Source: Tubulanus polymorphus
Taxonomy: Eukaryota > Animalia > Nemertea
Assembly: GCF_964204645.1 (NCBI RefSeq)
Contig: NC_134027.1
Span: forward strand, 10,758,485-10,822,484
Direction: 5' to 3'
DNA length: 64,000 bases
Both the position numbers and the translations under genes were made by a program. Below, piece after piece: positions 12,501 to 24,822 of the stretch. Under the pieces are notes generated by a model that was not told where the DNA came from, did not search any database, and was given only the letters and a program-made list of their open reading frames with translations. Position 1 is the first letter of the stretch. Each line of letters opens with the position of its first letter.

Positions 12501-15500
12501 CGACCCCGCAGTACACGATTAAACCAAGATGACGGGACGATCGAAATCGACTGACGCTTCGTTTGTTTTTTGCTCTGGTTTATACATGAGCTGTATTTGA
12601 CGGAACCAATCGCTATTTGAAAAAATGATCTATACACATTGTTGTTATTGACATATCTTGGAGTGAGTGAGTGTATAACCTTTGAGAAAATGCTTACTGA
12701 AAGTTTGAAGCGACAGATTTTCATTGGATTGTAATTGACAGACGTGAAAATTGATACACACTTCCGGTAATCAATGCGCCAGAACGCATCTTTTGGCGTT
12801 CTAATTTCAAAAATTTTCATCCAGACTTATTTTCCGGATTTTTAGCTTCACATAAGTGGCAACTCTGCTTAACTGAACATGGTCCTAAGAGCTTTCTAGG
12901 GTAACATTAGGCCTACTGAAGAGGCGTAGAAGCGTTTGCTCCAGTTTCATAAAAGTTCATTTTCAAAATAGATCTAATATCAATAGAGTGAAATAGATCG
13001 ATTTATTGAAATTCAATCGATTCATGGCGACTTCCTTGTTAGATTACCTATAAATGGTTGTGTAATGATGGATTTAGGCTTCGGGTTCAGAATATGTCAT
13101 TGATACAGGTAGATTAGTAAAGAATTCTATGTATTTTTGATGAGATGTAATTCGTGAGAAACAGCAAATGATTAAATTGTTCTATTCCAGGCTATAGTTG
13201 CCCTGTGTGATGGAATTGATGTCGATTTAGTTGTTCGAGGTTTGGATGAATGCGATGAAAATTTGCAAATCTCACAAAGTCCGACTGGACTTCATCATGT
13301 CAGGTAAAGGCCCTAACATTTTAATTTCCCAATTATTGATGGATAATCATCCATCCCTGTCATTTTTCGAACTTGGAATCTTAAGAAATCAGCCTTCTCA
13401 TAAGTGGTTGGCTCTGTTTGGGCTAAGAACAAAAGGATGTCCAGCTTGAAATTTTTTAATATTTTTTGGTTGAAAAACAGCTAAAACATTGAATATAGTC
13501 ACTGTTTCTGCACAAGAGAGCCAACTTCAAATATTTATCGTTGCCATGAGTTGAACTTTCAGTCAATATCTAAATTTGCATTGAAAATGCATGCTATACT
13601 CTATATATCTATATAGATATTGGAATTTTCACATCGTCATGAATTAACATATTTCATGGATGGCTTGAATAAGATTATCTCAGCGTATCCAGCAATTGTA
13701 GTATGAAATGTTTTAGACTAGCTTCACCTTCTTTATAACTTTATAGTTATCTACGTTACTGGATAAAACAAATTACGGTTGGCAATACCAGTTGTTTTAC
13801 TTTTAATTTACAGCGTTGCTCGATTCAAAAAGAGATTCGCCTACTTAACTCCGAGATATGGTGATTTATATGCAATGTTAGACGCAGCTAAGTTAGCAGA
13901 TTCGATGTTGTTTTTGCTGTCACCCACTGATGGCATAGATCAGTACGGAGAGTTCTGCTTGTCATGTTTGTTCGCCCAAGGTTTACCCGCGTCGTTACTG
14001 GCTGCTCAGGTATGTAGCCGGGTACCGGCGTTTTGGAAATCTGTTATTTCGGGTTTTCATGCTGTATGCAAGCAAGCTTTCCTTTTATTGTAGTAGGGCC
14101 CTTTGTGTACGAAGTGTTAGGTCTACTTATTTACGACATTATCCTTATGCACCTGACCAATGACATCGGAAGAATATGGATGTCTGAACTAAATCATTTT
14201 CAAACATTTTGAATTCGAACTTCTATAGTCAGTCAACTCATGATTTTCGGCCATATGATTATCTGCCACCCTCAGTTTTCTGCCCAGTATCTTCGAATTC
14301 CTGATTAGAAAAGTTCAGTTTGTAACCGATTATCAGATGTCAGATTATTTGAAACTGGAAGATTTTCTACGAAAAACGCTTGACTGTAGGTTAACCAGAG
14401 AAATGTTGTCATAACTTGTTTAAGCTTCCTGTGTCTGACTTAAAGCTAGTGGTTTTAATACATTTCTTATCATCTTGAGTATGCAAATATTACAGCCAGG
14501 TTAACAACTTTGGAAACAGAAATATATTTCACGTGGTTTAATGTAGATGAATGGACCCATCAGGCATTTGGCCACAATTGTATATTCCGCTTACATTTGT
14601 AATAATCATTTCAGGGAGTGAAGAACTTGCCCGCTAAAAAACAAAATGATGCCAAGAAATACTTACAAAAGTGCATTGAAAACTGGTATGTATTTATCTT
14701 GAAATATTCTCCCGAAAATGTCATTGATTCCTCATTCATGTTGATTAAGAAAAAGCTCTTAAGGGCGTGTTTTTGCAATACACGTAGATTGAGAAGGTAG
14801 CTAATCTATGTTTTAGGAAACTTAAACGTGCATTTGTTTTGACACGGGATTTATCCTAATTGGGCATTTTTTGATGTAAATAAATTAAGCAAATAGCTTA
14901 TTTGTCCAGAGAGGTGATTTAACTGTTTCATTGTAATGTATATATTATCTGTGCACAATGATCAAATCGCCTGAGCTCACAAGACAGAAATAAATGATCA
15001 CTCCACAGATCGGTGCGTTTAAGGTGTGATCCATGTTTGTTTATTGCAGGTTTCCACGTGAAAAAGTTCATTCGCTCGACAGCGAAGGAGATGACATGTT
15101 ATTGATACGTTTGCTGGGCGAACAGAAGTTGATTCCCTTGCACATGCGCGAACACCGACCGAATCTGATCGCTGAACAAGTTGAATTCATTCCGAATTCA
15201 AACGAAGATGTAGGTTTTTAGACACACCAATTTCAAATAAGGGGGTTGATTCGCTATTGCGTCACTTGGCCCTGTAGATTATCAAATAATCCCCCTTGTC
15301 TTTGGTTGTACGGCAAGTCACCAGCACTGACCAGCATGCAAATGTGGATGTAGATGTTTATTTCAGGGCATTACCCCTTTTTTGGTACAGCCTTTAGGCT
15401 TGGGGATGTCCTTTCAATTATGTATGAACTGTGGACAACAAATACAACATTCATAAAATCTTGTACATATATTGATAGATAAATATGTATTATGTATTAT

Positions 15501-16566
15501 TAATGTCATACGTAGCCTCTATGATCGAAGATTTCGTTCATCTTCATTTCGAACTTTCGTATTTCTTTTCTAGACCGAGAAGGGAACCGTGAAAATCACC
15601 GGCTATGTTCGCAGTCAGCCTCTTAGCGTTAACCGATTGGTTCATGTTCCCGGCTGGGGAGATTTCCAACTGTCGCAAATTGATTCGCCAAATGACCCGT
15701 ACCCTTTGAATCCTCGCGTTGACAAGAAAAAGTCCAGTGAGGTTTGTAGCTTCAACTACTGCTAGTTTTGATCAGTCTTTCGATTATGACCATCTTGCAT
15801 TCAACACACATTCGCGCAGGTTCTTCCCAGTTTCCACTACTAGTTATCTCGTAGTGTTGGCCATTTGCGCAAAATAGAGGAATGAGCTTTGGGAAATAAA
15901 GCACTTGGTCATCGCTACCTGCCAATAATACGAGAGTATCAATCCGTTGCCTTGAGTGTTCATAACTGTATCGCAAAGCGGTGATGATCATTTTATTTTT
16001 TATGAAATGTCTATGTCTGCTGGACTGTGGTGATGTCCTGAACACACGAGGGCCTTGACAAACAGAAATAGGAAGAATGCTAATAAGGCAGCAGATTAAT
16101 ACTCGGATAAGGACATGCTAATGATGCACTGAATGGGCGCTAGAGCGGTTTGAGAGATGAAAAAATCATTTCAATAAGGTAAGTCTTTTTTTTCTTTTTT
16201 TTTAACCATTTTATTCATTTGCTTTATAGGCTGAAGGTACCACCTCGATGGAAGAAGATATCAAGCTATTAGAAACGGCTGATCCTGTTCTTCAGGAATC
16301 GTTACAAAGCGAAGTTATACCCGATCCGATGGAAGGTGAACAAACGTGGCCGACCGAAGAGGAAATGGCCAGTGCCGAAGGTAAAAATGATCATTGATAA
16401 TGGGGAAAACGGCTTTCAAATTATCCCGTAAAACGCATCTTCTTTTATTCTCCGTGCATCTCTCTGGGTTCTAGCTGAAAGTAAACAGAAAAAGAAAGTA
16501 CATCTTGTACCTAAAGGAACATCGGAATATCAGGCAGCTTGGATTATCGATAAAACTGATGATCAG
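9429..16566 (+). CDS. TSR1: Pre-rRNA-processing protein TSR1 homolog (40S biogenesis factor), 5' half only: 10 exons, 407 codons
   Basis: Exons 9429-9540, 9764-9834, 12103-12189, 13191-13303, 13814-14009, 14615-14685, 15050-15209, 15574-15741, 16230-16380 and 16475-16566 are all GT-AG and join in frame (1221 nt). Motifs I recognise from human TSR1: HRAGAFKQQNKTHK, LDAAKLADSMLFLL, CLSCLFAQGLP, GTVKITGYVR, GWGDFQL, DPYPLNPR, QESLQSEVIPDPMEGEQTWPTEEE, VPKGTSEYQAAWI. Confidence 0.95.
9764..9834 (+). CDS. TSR1: TSR1 exon 2
   Basis: GKIGFKSLSKRPKHILTKQDRKNQ; cag acceptor, gtagag donor. Confidence 0.85.
9886..10430 (+). mobile_element. Helentron/DINE-1-like non-autonomous element (second copy ~11813-12050)
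   Basis: Starts in a T-run; 5' stem-loop agcccacttgggac...gtcccagcgggct followed by (gtcc)n; a homologous degenerate copy lies at 11813-12050. Confidence 0.55.
10536..11800. mobile_element. Two inverted, degenerate copies of a TIR element containing TTAGGG-like tracts
   Basis: 10538-10588 is the approximate reverse complement of 11031-11080; ggttagg-rich tract at 10635-10760 and complementary cctaa-rich tract at 11655-11722; 11160-11280 mirrors 10900-11040. Confidence 0.4.
12103..12189 (+). CDS. TSR1: TSR1 exon 3
   Basis: LHQERKRKREEVLAKKRNRGSANTPPHLV; aag acceptor, gtaggt donor. Confidence 0.85.
12292..12867. mobile_element. hAT-like MITE with 6-bp TSD
   Basis: TIR cagagttgccactt / aagtggcaactctg; cttaac on both flanks. 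Confidence 0.75.
13191..13303 (+). CDS. TSR1: TSR1 exon 4
   Basis: AIVALCDGIDVDLVVRGLDECDENLQISQSPTGLHHV; ttccag acceptor, gtaaag donor. Confidence 0.8.
13814..14009 (+). CDS. TSR1: TSR1 exon 5
   Basis: VARFKKRFAYLTPRYGDLYAMLDAAKLADSMLFLLSPTDGIDQYGEFCLSCLFAQGLPASLLAAQ. Confidence 0.92.
14615..14685 (+). CDS. TSR1: TSR1 exon 6
   Basis: GVKNLPAKKQNDAKKYLQKCIEN(W). Confidence 0.88.
15050..15209 (+). CDS. TSR1: TSR1 exon 7
   Basis: FPREKVHSLDSEGDDMLLIRLLGEQKLIPLHMREHRPNLIAEQVEFIPNSNED. Confidence 0.9.
15574..15741 (+). CDS. TSR1: TSR1 exon 8
   Basis: TEKGTVKITGYVRSQPLSVNRLVHVPGWGDFQLSQIDSPNDPYPLNPRVDKKKSSE. Confidence 0.92.
16230..16380 (+). CDS. TSR1: TSR1 exon 9
   Basis: AEGTTSMEEDIKLLETADPVLQESLQSEVIPDPMEGEQTWPTEEEMASAE. 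Confidence 0.92.
16475..16566 (+). CDS. TSR1: TSR1 exon 10 (last one visible)
   Basis: AESKQKKKVHLVPKGTSEYQAAWIIDKTDDQ|gtaagt. Confidence 0.9.
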
Positions 16567-17902
16567 GTAAGTTGAAATTTATTTCACTGATGATTATCGG
16601 TACTCAAACGTTGCTTATATCCTACGAGCTACTACTTAAAGCATCCGGCACGGATAATCATTCACTCAGTATTTTCAACTGATCTCATTTGGTAGTTGGT
16701 AGACTGTAGGACAATTCCCAATGTATAGAATAAGAATACGAAATCTGCAGCTGATTTGAATGAACATTTCAGTGTGAACAGTTTGTTGTTCGATAGCTGC
16801 TCTGTAGACCATCTCGAGATGAGTTACACCAAGAGGACGTTTTATTGGTTTTACTGTCTTCAGAAGGATAGTATTTCTTGATGGCGCCATTTTTGGTTTA
16901 CATGCACATATCCAATGGTGAATGAAAGAATGAATTTTAGTTTCATTGTATCCACAATATGTACAATACATGATATACATGAGTAGGAAAAATGACAAGA
17001 AGAGATGAGAAGTAACCAAAAAGTAACCAAAAAATATCAGAAAAAACATGAATTTTTGCTTATTCAATGTGCAATTCTTAGTATGTTCTTAGTTATGAAA
17101 TGGTGAAATAGTCTACCAAAGAATATCCTCCAAATCACTGCTTTCAGAGCCATTCATCCTTTTCACTAGTGGTTGAGTCCATTTGGTGGAATTGGTTTTT
17201 GGCATTGGGCTACGAATATCTATTGTGAAAGCTTTGTTTCTAAATCGACATTTCCACTGTTTAGTGCATACGTTACTCAAAAAGTTACTCAAACAACGAC
17301 CAGTACCATAAACAGACTTTATTCATGTTATAAATAACATCATTGAATCAAAATATTCACAGACTATTAAACAATCATCACCTGTACATGTATCACGTCC
17401 ATATAAATCATTTTATAGTTACATAAAGCTGTATAAAGGAAGGGCGCTTCTCATCAGTTCACAATGAGATAAGTAAAGGAGCGAGAGTGCTTTCAGTTTT
17501 GATATCGAGCTCTTGAAATTTCATTGGGTTACAGAAACTAGGCTGGGGCCTAGAAAGCTCAACAGTGCCAACCCCAGATCAATAAAGGTCCACAATTTTT
17601 CAAAAATTATAAAATTTCATCGCCTGTTTTACACCCATTACTCATTTTAATGACAATCACAAGTCACTTGTGTATAACATCAAGAACCATTCCACGATTA
17701 TGTATTTAGATAGGCACCCACACGTGCGCACAAAATTATATGGATTATTACCTTACAAGGCAGGCATGCAAATGATTAACAATGTTTTTGATAAAGATGC
17801 AGCAAGCTTCTGTGAGAGCTCTGCTTCAGGGCATATGTATGTTTACTAAACTGCAGCTCCCAGTGAGCATATGCAGGGGGCAATAGTCTGCTCTGAGCTC
17901 AA

Positions 17903-18037
17903 TGGGGCCGGTTCCATAGTTGAGACTTAAATCCAGAAGTGATCTGAAATCTTAAGACTGGTCTTAAGTTTGTTAGATTAGCTATAGAACTAAGGTGGTC
18001 TTAGACTGGTCTAAGCCGTGGCTATAGAACCGGCCCC
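17903..18037. mobile_element. Short MITE (GGGGCC ends, Harbinger-like)
   Basis: ggggccggttccatag / ctatagaaccggcccc terminal inverted repeats. Confidence 0.6.
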
Positions 18038-18684
18038 TGAGCTCTGAGAAGATACCAGTACCTCAGTATCAGTACGTTGGTTTCGCAACACATTTCCTAG
18101 TTTTTTTTTTTTTTAAATAAAAATGGACATCGTCATCATTAAGTTGAATCCTTACCAGGAAACGAATTCACATTTCTCTAATCCGTTTTATGGTTTATTC
18201 AACTGCAGAGGTACGACGAAGTACACTTAGTACAATTAAGTTAGACAATGACTTAATCTTGATTGGAAGTTAGTTCGTTGGAAAGAAGTGCGTTATTCTA
18301 CTGTCGATATTTTTTCATGCTTCGCTGGTTGTTGGATGAATATTTGATGTTTTATCACGCTGTAAACCTGTAAAAAGTGTTTTCAGATTGGAGCATTGTT
18401 TGAATAGTATCGATATCGACAGTTGCAACTAACCGGTCAGAATGACAGGAATCGTAAAATACAAAAAAAAAACCAGCGCCGTGAAGTCTGATGGGTTCTT
18501 ATTATGATTACGGCGTCAGCAACATGGAACATCGGAAGCTGGCCAGTAGCTTTTGATGTTAATTCCTGTAACCTTGCAAATGTCAATACCGACTGTATAC
18601 AAATTTCAGAAAAGAGAAAAATGCAAACTTCATTGAATTTAATAGTCAAAAGATATAAACACTCTAAACCGTGTAACTGTAGAA

Positions 18685-18906
18685 AATTGAAGAAGTCCCA
18701 CAATTCGAATTTTATATTTGATAGAATTTATTGTTATGAAACCACAATGTTTCGGCTGTTGATTAACAGCCATCATCAAGCTGATTAACTGACTAACACA
18801 GCCATTATTCCGCCTGATGATGGCTGTTAGTCAACAGCCGAAAGGTTGTGGTTTCATGATAATACATTTTATCATCTAAAATTCGCATTATTGGACTTCT
18901 TCAATT
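18685..18906. mobile_element. Inverted repeat carrying two hammerhead-ribozyme-like motifs (probable Penelope-like element remnant)
   Basis: Plus strand 18814-18843: CTGATGA-t-ggctgtt[agtc]aacagcc-GAAA. Minus strand ~18779-18745: TTGATGA-t-ggctgtt[aatc]aacagcc-GAAAC. The ~100-bp arms are imperfect reverse complements. Confidence 0.6.
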
Positions 18907-21888
18907 ATTTTTTGAATTTGAAATGAAACAAAGTTTGAGACAATCCTCTCAGCAAGGGGTATAAAAGGTATGGCGTATGAATTACGAGATACAAAGTAAT
19001 TTATTCGTTGCTATTGTTTAATTATAAGCTGATGATTTCATGTACTGGCACAACATGAAACCTGCCTCTAGGATTAACGCATCTTAGTAATTACATCTTG
19101 TAATTATAAACTGATTAATGGCTGGAGATTAGAATAGAAAGTCTTGAACGTGTCGAAAACCTTTTACCATATTCAATAATAGAAAATATCCGTTAATTAG
19201 CATGATCGATGTTCATGTATAATTCATGAATTTAGTGGTAGTCTGTGAGGGTTTTTTTTCTATGTTGCATCATCGAGTGGAAGTCATTAATTTCAACTCG
19301 AGTCCTTACGTTATATACCAATGATATATTCTTATACCAGGAGTAGATTCATCTATAATATTGCTGTTTCCAAACTGTATTTCAGTTTTCGAAAAAATAA
19401 GAGATCCATAATTTTTTTCCAAAACACGTGGCTGAGACTGCTGATTTCTTCGTGTGATTTTAGCGTGATCGTGAAATCATATCGAAAATCACTGTGACTC
19501 GTCTGGGGATTCGCGCACCTGAAACTTATCTCGGTTATAGTCGCGGTAAAATCATCGCTAATCAATCGCTCCGTGCGCGGCAACTAGCGACGCGAGGCGT
19601 TGTAAAAATGATTTTTCGACCAATAAGCGCGCGTTGATAGATCGCGTGCACTGTCAGCGTGCTCTACATGTAGTTCAGGCATATAATTGTCATTTGTCAT
19701 TCTGTCATTTAATAGTCGTGGCCTGAAGACCTGTGTGGTTTGGTATCAAAAGCGTCTGAAGTGCTACATAACATGTTGTTCGTTCTCTTTTGACAGAGAA
19801 AAATCGTGTTATTGTTATTTCAGAATTTTTTTTGATCATTATTTTCTCAGATGATTTCATATATCATAATCTTTTTCATTTAGAAAAATAAGTATTTTCA
19901 AGCTTGGATAGTTCATATCATTTGGGAATTTGAAATCCAGTTAAACATTATGTTGTATATAGAAATGACAGTTACATTATATCCAGCTTAAACTGAGCTT
20001 TAAGCTTCCCGAAGAGTGTAAGCAAGTTTGACGGTACTGTCCAACTTGGATATCGAGATAAAATCAGACTTGAGCTCAGTCCACTGCATTATTGTTTATT
20101 TGTGAGCAGATGTCACTAAGGATTTTCATAGTGAAAGTGAAAAACTTGGGAAAAACTTTGAGTGTGAATTTCATTTTGTGACTAATTGATTAAAGAGGGT
20201 GTTCACACTTAAACCACTCACTCGATACTAAACAATGCTTAAACAAAGGGAAGTGGATTTCCGGTACCAGTTACAGATCAGATGCAATAATTTGACCCGT
20301 GCTATAATTTGGTTTGAGTCTGGTCCGACATTTTTGGTCGGGCTGAAGATGCTTATGTGATCGTGTAGTATTGTAAAACCTGATGCGCGAATTGAATTAA
20401 TATTATACACATTTTTACGAAGTGTCATCTCACCATTCCGCGAGTTATGGTAGAGCTACCGATTTGTCGTCGGTATATCATTAAAATTTCGCTTCGCGAA
20501 GAGTCTTTACTCGTTACGATTCGAATATAATCAATTCCGCGTCGGTCTGTGAAATTTCCGTCCGTCGTTTGCAAAGGCGGAATTCACACGCGGAGCCGCG
20601 CATAGAAAGCCGCGCAAAGAACGACCGTCGTGTATTGTGCACGCGACGCTGAAGCTGCGTTTGAAGTAGTCGCGAACGAACGAATCTTCAAAAATTTCAT
20701 CCGAGTTTGAAGAAGAAAAAAAAATTTCGAAATAAAATTTTTTTCTATATTTCTCGGTTTTCATAGCTGCCATACGAAGGGCAAATTCCCGTTTCATATC
20801 AACGATGATATCGTGAATCGTTTTCACCTGAAACTGTATAACGTTGACACAGCTTGTATATTTCAGTAGAATGCTATTCAGATGACATTTTCAAACTGAT
20901 TTTTTCTAGCAATCTATTTCGAGCATCGTATAAATGATTATTATGTAGTGACATTTCTCATTGGAAATCTAGATTTTAATCCGCCGATTAACACAGCCCG
21001 ATCTAAGGGAGCTGTCACAAACTCCTAGTTTCGAAGTGCCCTAAAAGAATTGGCGAATATTTTACATACAGCGATTATTTAAGGAATGCTTTTTTTTCTT
21101 TTCTCGTTTGCAAGACTTTTTGTCCGATTTTAGAATAAGCAGCCAAATACATGTGACATGGTGGGGCAACTGGGTGTTTATAGGTCGGGTAAATCTTGTT
21201 TTTGGTTAGTTGAACATGATATTAAGTTATTTGACCCTCTAGCACTCATAACAGCCGCAGCCAGGCGCGCAATATTTCACTGCAATGGCCGCAGCTACCC
21301 AAAAAAACTCATTTCCAAACATAATGTTTTGTACTGCGCACCCAACGAGTGGAGTCAACAAAGCTACATGCTTGTGTATTTCACTTTCGTTAATTAAAAT
21401 GTATGGTTACCATATGAAGATTTTGAGAAATTTACGTTTGAGAGTTAAAAACCGATATTCTCAGATATTCTTAAATTGAATACAGTTTTACAACAAAAGA
21501 ATCCGGAATTCTGCGCCTTACAGAAGGAAATCCCATAACGCCTTTACAACCGCCTTTGTTCAATTATGACCAATGACTTGAACTGCCCCCTTTTTGGCCT
21601 GGACCCCTTTGAAAAATCATAGATAAACGTCATTACTAATAAAAAAATTGTAATCCCATTGTACACACCTGTTCATTATTACGGATATTGCCGTCATTAA
21701 TTGCGCGCAGTGTTGCATGTGATTCATTCACACACTGCTGTGAAATTAGGAGATTATTTCAGTAGCGGTAACAGATGGTTATATTTTTTTTAATTTTCAA
21801 ATGTTTCGTGTCATTTTACTCTTGACGTTACTATTTGTATTATAAATGGTTCGGGTAGTTGAAATAAACCGATATTCCCACCATAGCT

Positions 21889-22169
21889 AGCCGCGATCAC
21901 GCCAAATTGGCGGATCAGGTTAAATTTGGCCGCGCCTAATTATTAGAGCAACTCACTCAATGCTAAACAATGCTTTAACAAAATGAAGTGTCATTTCCGG
22001 AACCAGTAGCAATCCACACGCAATAATTTGCCTGTGCTGAAATTTGGCAAAGGCCGTGTCCAACGTTTTTGGCCAGGTCAAATTTGGCCCAGGCCCGTTT
22101 GGTACGCGTATGAACAGTTGTTCCAGGACAAATTTCGTCTGGGCCGAAAATGCTTGTGCGATCGCGTCT
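21889..22169 (+). mobile_element. PIF/Harbinger-like MITE family A (~300 bp), representative copy
   Basis: Consensus TIR agccgcgatcacac, usually TA/TTA-flanked; shared body aaaccactcactcgatactaaacaatgct...gagtcacttccggaaccag. Other copies or fragments: ~20199-20367, 24477-24926, 37321-37625, 37627-38202, 38887-39214, 39633-40133 (two), 42155-42190, 43547-43858, 43879-44146, 45238-45548, 47310-47480, 51500-51600, 52313-52617, 54962-55218, 55808-56139, 57070-57341. Confidence 0.8.
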
Positions 22170-23446
22170 TATGCGCAACAGGTTTATGCATTAATCACCA
22201 AGTGAACAGGCTTTAACTCGGGGTGATTACTACCTCGATCCCTGAGCACACTTTCAGAAGATGAGTTCAGACAAAATTCGATGACATTCCCAGACTACAG
22301 CTAAGAAATCAGCTTATAACTTGGCGACAGGAATTGACTACGTGATCGAATGAAATTACACTTTTTGTCTCAATCACAATGCAGCGAAAAGTGTGGGATT
22401 TCCCTTATCAGGTATTGCGGAATATAGAATAGTGTCTTTCCAGATATGAAAGTGCTAGTTAATTCTGGATGGAGAAATTATTTCATGATTTATCATTTTT
22501 CAGAATGTTACATCTGCATATAACTTGTTACCATGTTCTGCCTCCAAAATGGCTTATAGATAATCTTCCACGCACTCATGATGTGCCCTACAGTGATTAT
22601 TACGCCAAGACCTTATATTACCCGTACTCATTTCAACCCTGTAACCACCTTTATGAAATGGTTCCATCTGTTGGTTGACTTGTCGAATGTATAAGCCCCT
22701 GCCCCCTGGTCAGAGATCTCCAAAATGGCATGGGTCAAATTGGGTCAAAACGGGTGAATATTGCGCCAAGTCCCAAGTATATATTTTAGTAATATATCAT
22801 ATTACAACCATTGCACACTTATTCAATGCTGAGTCGGATCCTGGAGCATGTCAAGAGATGGTCGCACGAATTGGCAATTGCAAAAAAACGTGGGATGTAG
22901 GGCCCTGGGAAATTTTGAAGGCCACTATTTCTAGATGGTTACATCATGTGCTCCATCTGCTGCCCGTGTCCATACCTGCAATGGTTCTATCACAGTCTAT
23001 CCACAAGTGGTTTCGATGTGAATCATATAATTGTTTTATACGCGCGCGCGCGTATGTCTGAGATATCATTGATTCATTAATATTATAGTTTAATATGCTG
23101 GTACATGTACACACGCTTTTCCATGCAAACGTAAACACCTGCTGGGGTTTGAGATTGTTATGTCAGGTTGTCACGAACGCGAAATACTTTTTCGCACGAT
23201 TGCGACCGCACTTTTATTCGACGATTAAGTGCCAGTAGTAATTCAGTGAAGTACTTACCTCAAATGGCAAATTTTCCGCAAACAAAACCATATACTTACC
23301 GTCAAAAACCTAGTGTGAACTGACTTAAGGGTGGGTGAATTTTGAAATTTTGAATCTGTTCTATTGAGATGACTGTGGCAAACTGTTTTGCTTTCTTTCA
23401 TCAGTCAAGAAATTTTCCATTGTCATGCCATTTATCATGATACAAA

Positions 23447-23663
23447 CAGGGCGGTCACTGTCCTGGATAACCTGGAAAACTCAGTATTTGGATATGTTGT
23501 TGGCCACATGTGTCATTATCAATACGCGATTCATGAAAAATGAATAAATTTTAACATTTTAAACCAAGACATTCCTTTTTACTCGGGGGAATTTTGTGTT
23601 ATAACATCGAAAAATCAGGGAAATCTGGAGGAATTCGTAAATCGCCAGAAAGTGGCCTTCCAG
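23447..23663. mobile_element. hAT-like MITE with 5-bp TSD
   Basis: cagggcggtcact / agtggccttccag ends; acaaa on both flanks; a related degenerate copy lies at ~61407-61640. Confidence 0.6.
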
Positions 23664-23972
23664 ACAAACTGTTTCAAAGTAGAGGATATTTCGGTGCCCT
23701 TATTTGCTGAAAAAGAGGCCTTTTTTCTGTTGGTTCTGTGGACATCACGACCCCTGAATCCCCCATGCTTCTTCTATTAGCAGTATATCCCTACTGCAAA
23801 CTTGCTGTTTGCGGGGCTGGTAGATATATGAGTCTAGGTGTGTATATAGTATATATTCAATTTTAGGTGGATATCGAAAACCTTTGCGTAAATACTTAAC
23901 TTTATATACCTCAACAACATCATCGATTAATCCGAACCTAGTTATCATATTGCCGGGTTTCTGTCTCGTAAA

Positions 23973-24194
23973 CAGAGCTGCCAACTTTTCCTGATTTTCA
24001 GTATGCGTTACTCTTTTGTAATGAGAAATACTGTTTATATTTGTTTGATGTGTACAGAAATATGAAAGATGTTACAGAGGATCTTACTGTTGATTACTGA
24101 TCCATTTGAACATTTTCTTTCATATTTCAGTGAAATGTTACTGAAAAGAATTCAATTTGTTACTGATAGCACTTTTCACAGGTTGCCAGCCCTG
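23973..24194. mobile_element. hAT-like MITE family (cagagctgccaac...gttggcagccctg)
   Basis: Shared body acagaaatatgaaagatgttact; further copies at ~29970-30100, 30158-30379, 49507-49734 and ~49740-49919. Confidence 0.7.
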
Positions 24195-24573
24195 CGTGTG
24201 TATATATATATGTATATATATATATATATTTTCTGCAATGATTTTGTTACCGAACGGAGCGAAGTTGTTGTATCCGGCGTGCATGCGGCTTGGTTCGTAT
24301 TAAATTCTCAGCTGCGACAGTTAAACGGAACTTTAATCCGATTTCAGTCCCCGGGAAATGAAATGCCGAAACTCGATTTCAGTTCCGTACGATTTCGGTA
24401 TGCGCGGACAAGACGAGGGTTGCTTGAGACCGAAAGTGAAGCGAGTTCGGATTTTGACGAGTCAGAGTTGAATGATAGCCATGATCGCACGGAGATGATT
24501 TTGCCCAGGTAAAACACTGGCCCCGGCCCAGATTAGGCCCATTAGGACCACTCACTTCACTTTTCACAGCATC

Positions 24574-24822
24574 CAGGGTGGCCACAAGCAATTCCAACAA
24601 ATCATCAGGAAATCAGGGAAGAGTCGGGGAATTTTCTTTTCTTTAGAAAAACTCAGGCTAAAAATCGGGGATAAGTCAGTGAAATTTGTTGAGATTGCTA
24701 GATCGACTGTAAAATCAAACGGTCTCTGTCTATGTCTTATGCTATTTGACTGTGTCAAGGGATAAGTATGAGTATCAGGGAAAAGTCAGGAAAAGGCAAG
24801 TCAGATAAAAGTGGCCATCCTG
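24574..24822. mobile_element. hAT-like MITE with 5-bp TSD, nested in a family-A MITE
   Basis: cagggtggccac / gtggccatcctg ends; gcatc on both flanks. Confidence 0.7.

Noticed and set aside
24348-24508. Phase-compatible acidic exon candidate for TSR1 (…ETESEASSDFDESELNDSHD…)
   Set aside because: Its 3' end and donor lie inside a MITE terminus, it has no TSR1 motif, and no further TSR1 exons follow; probably chance.
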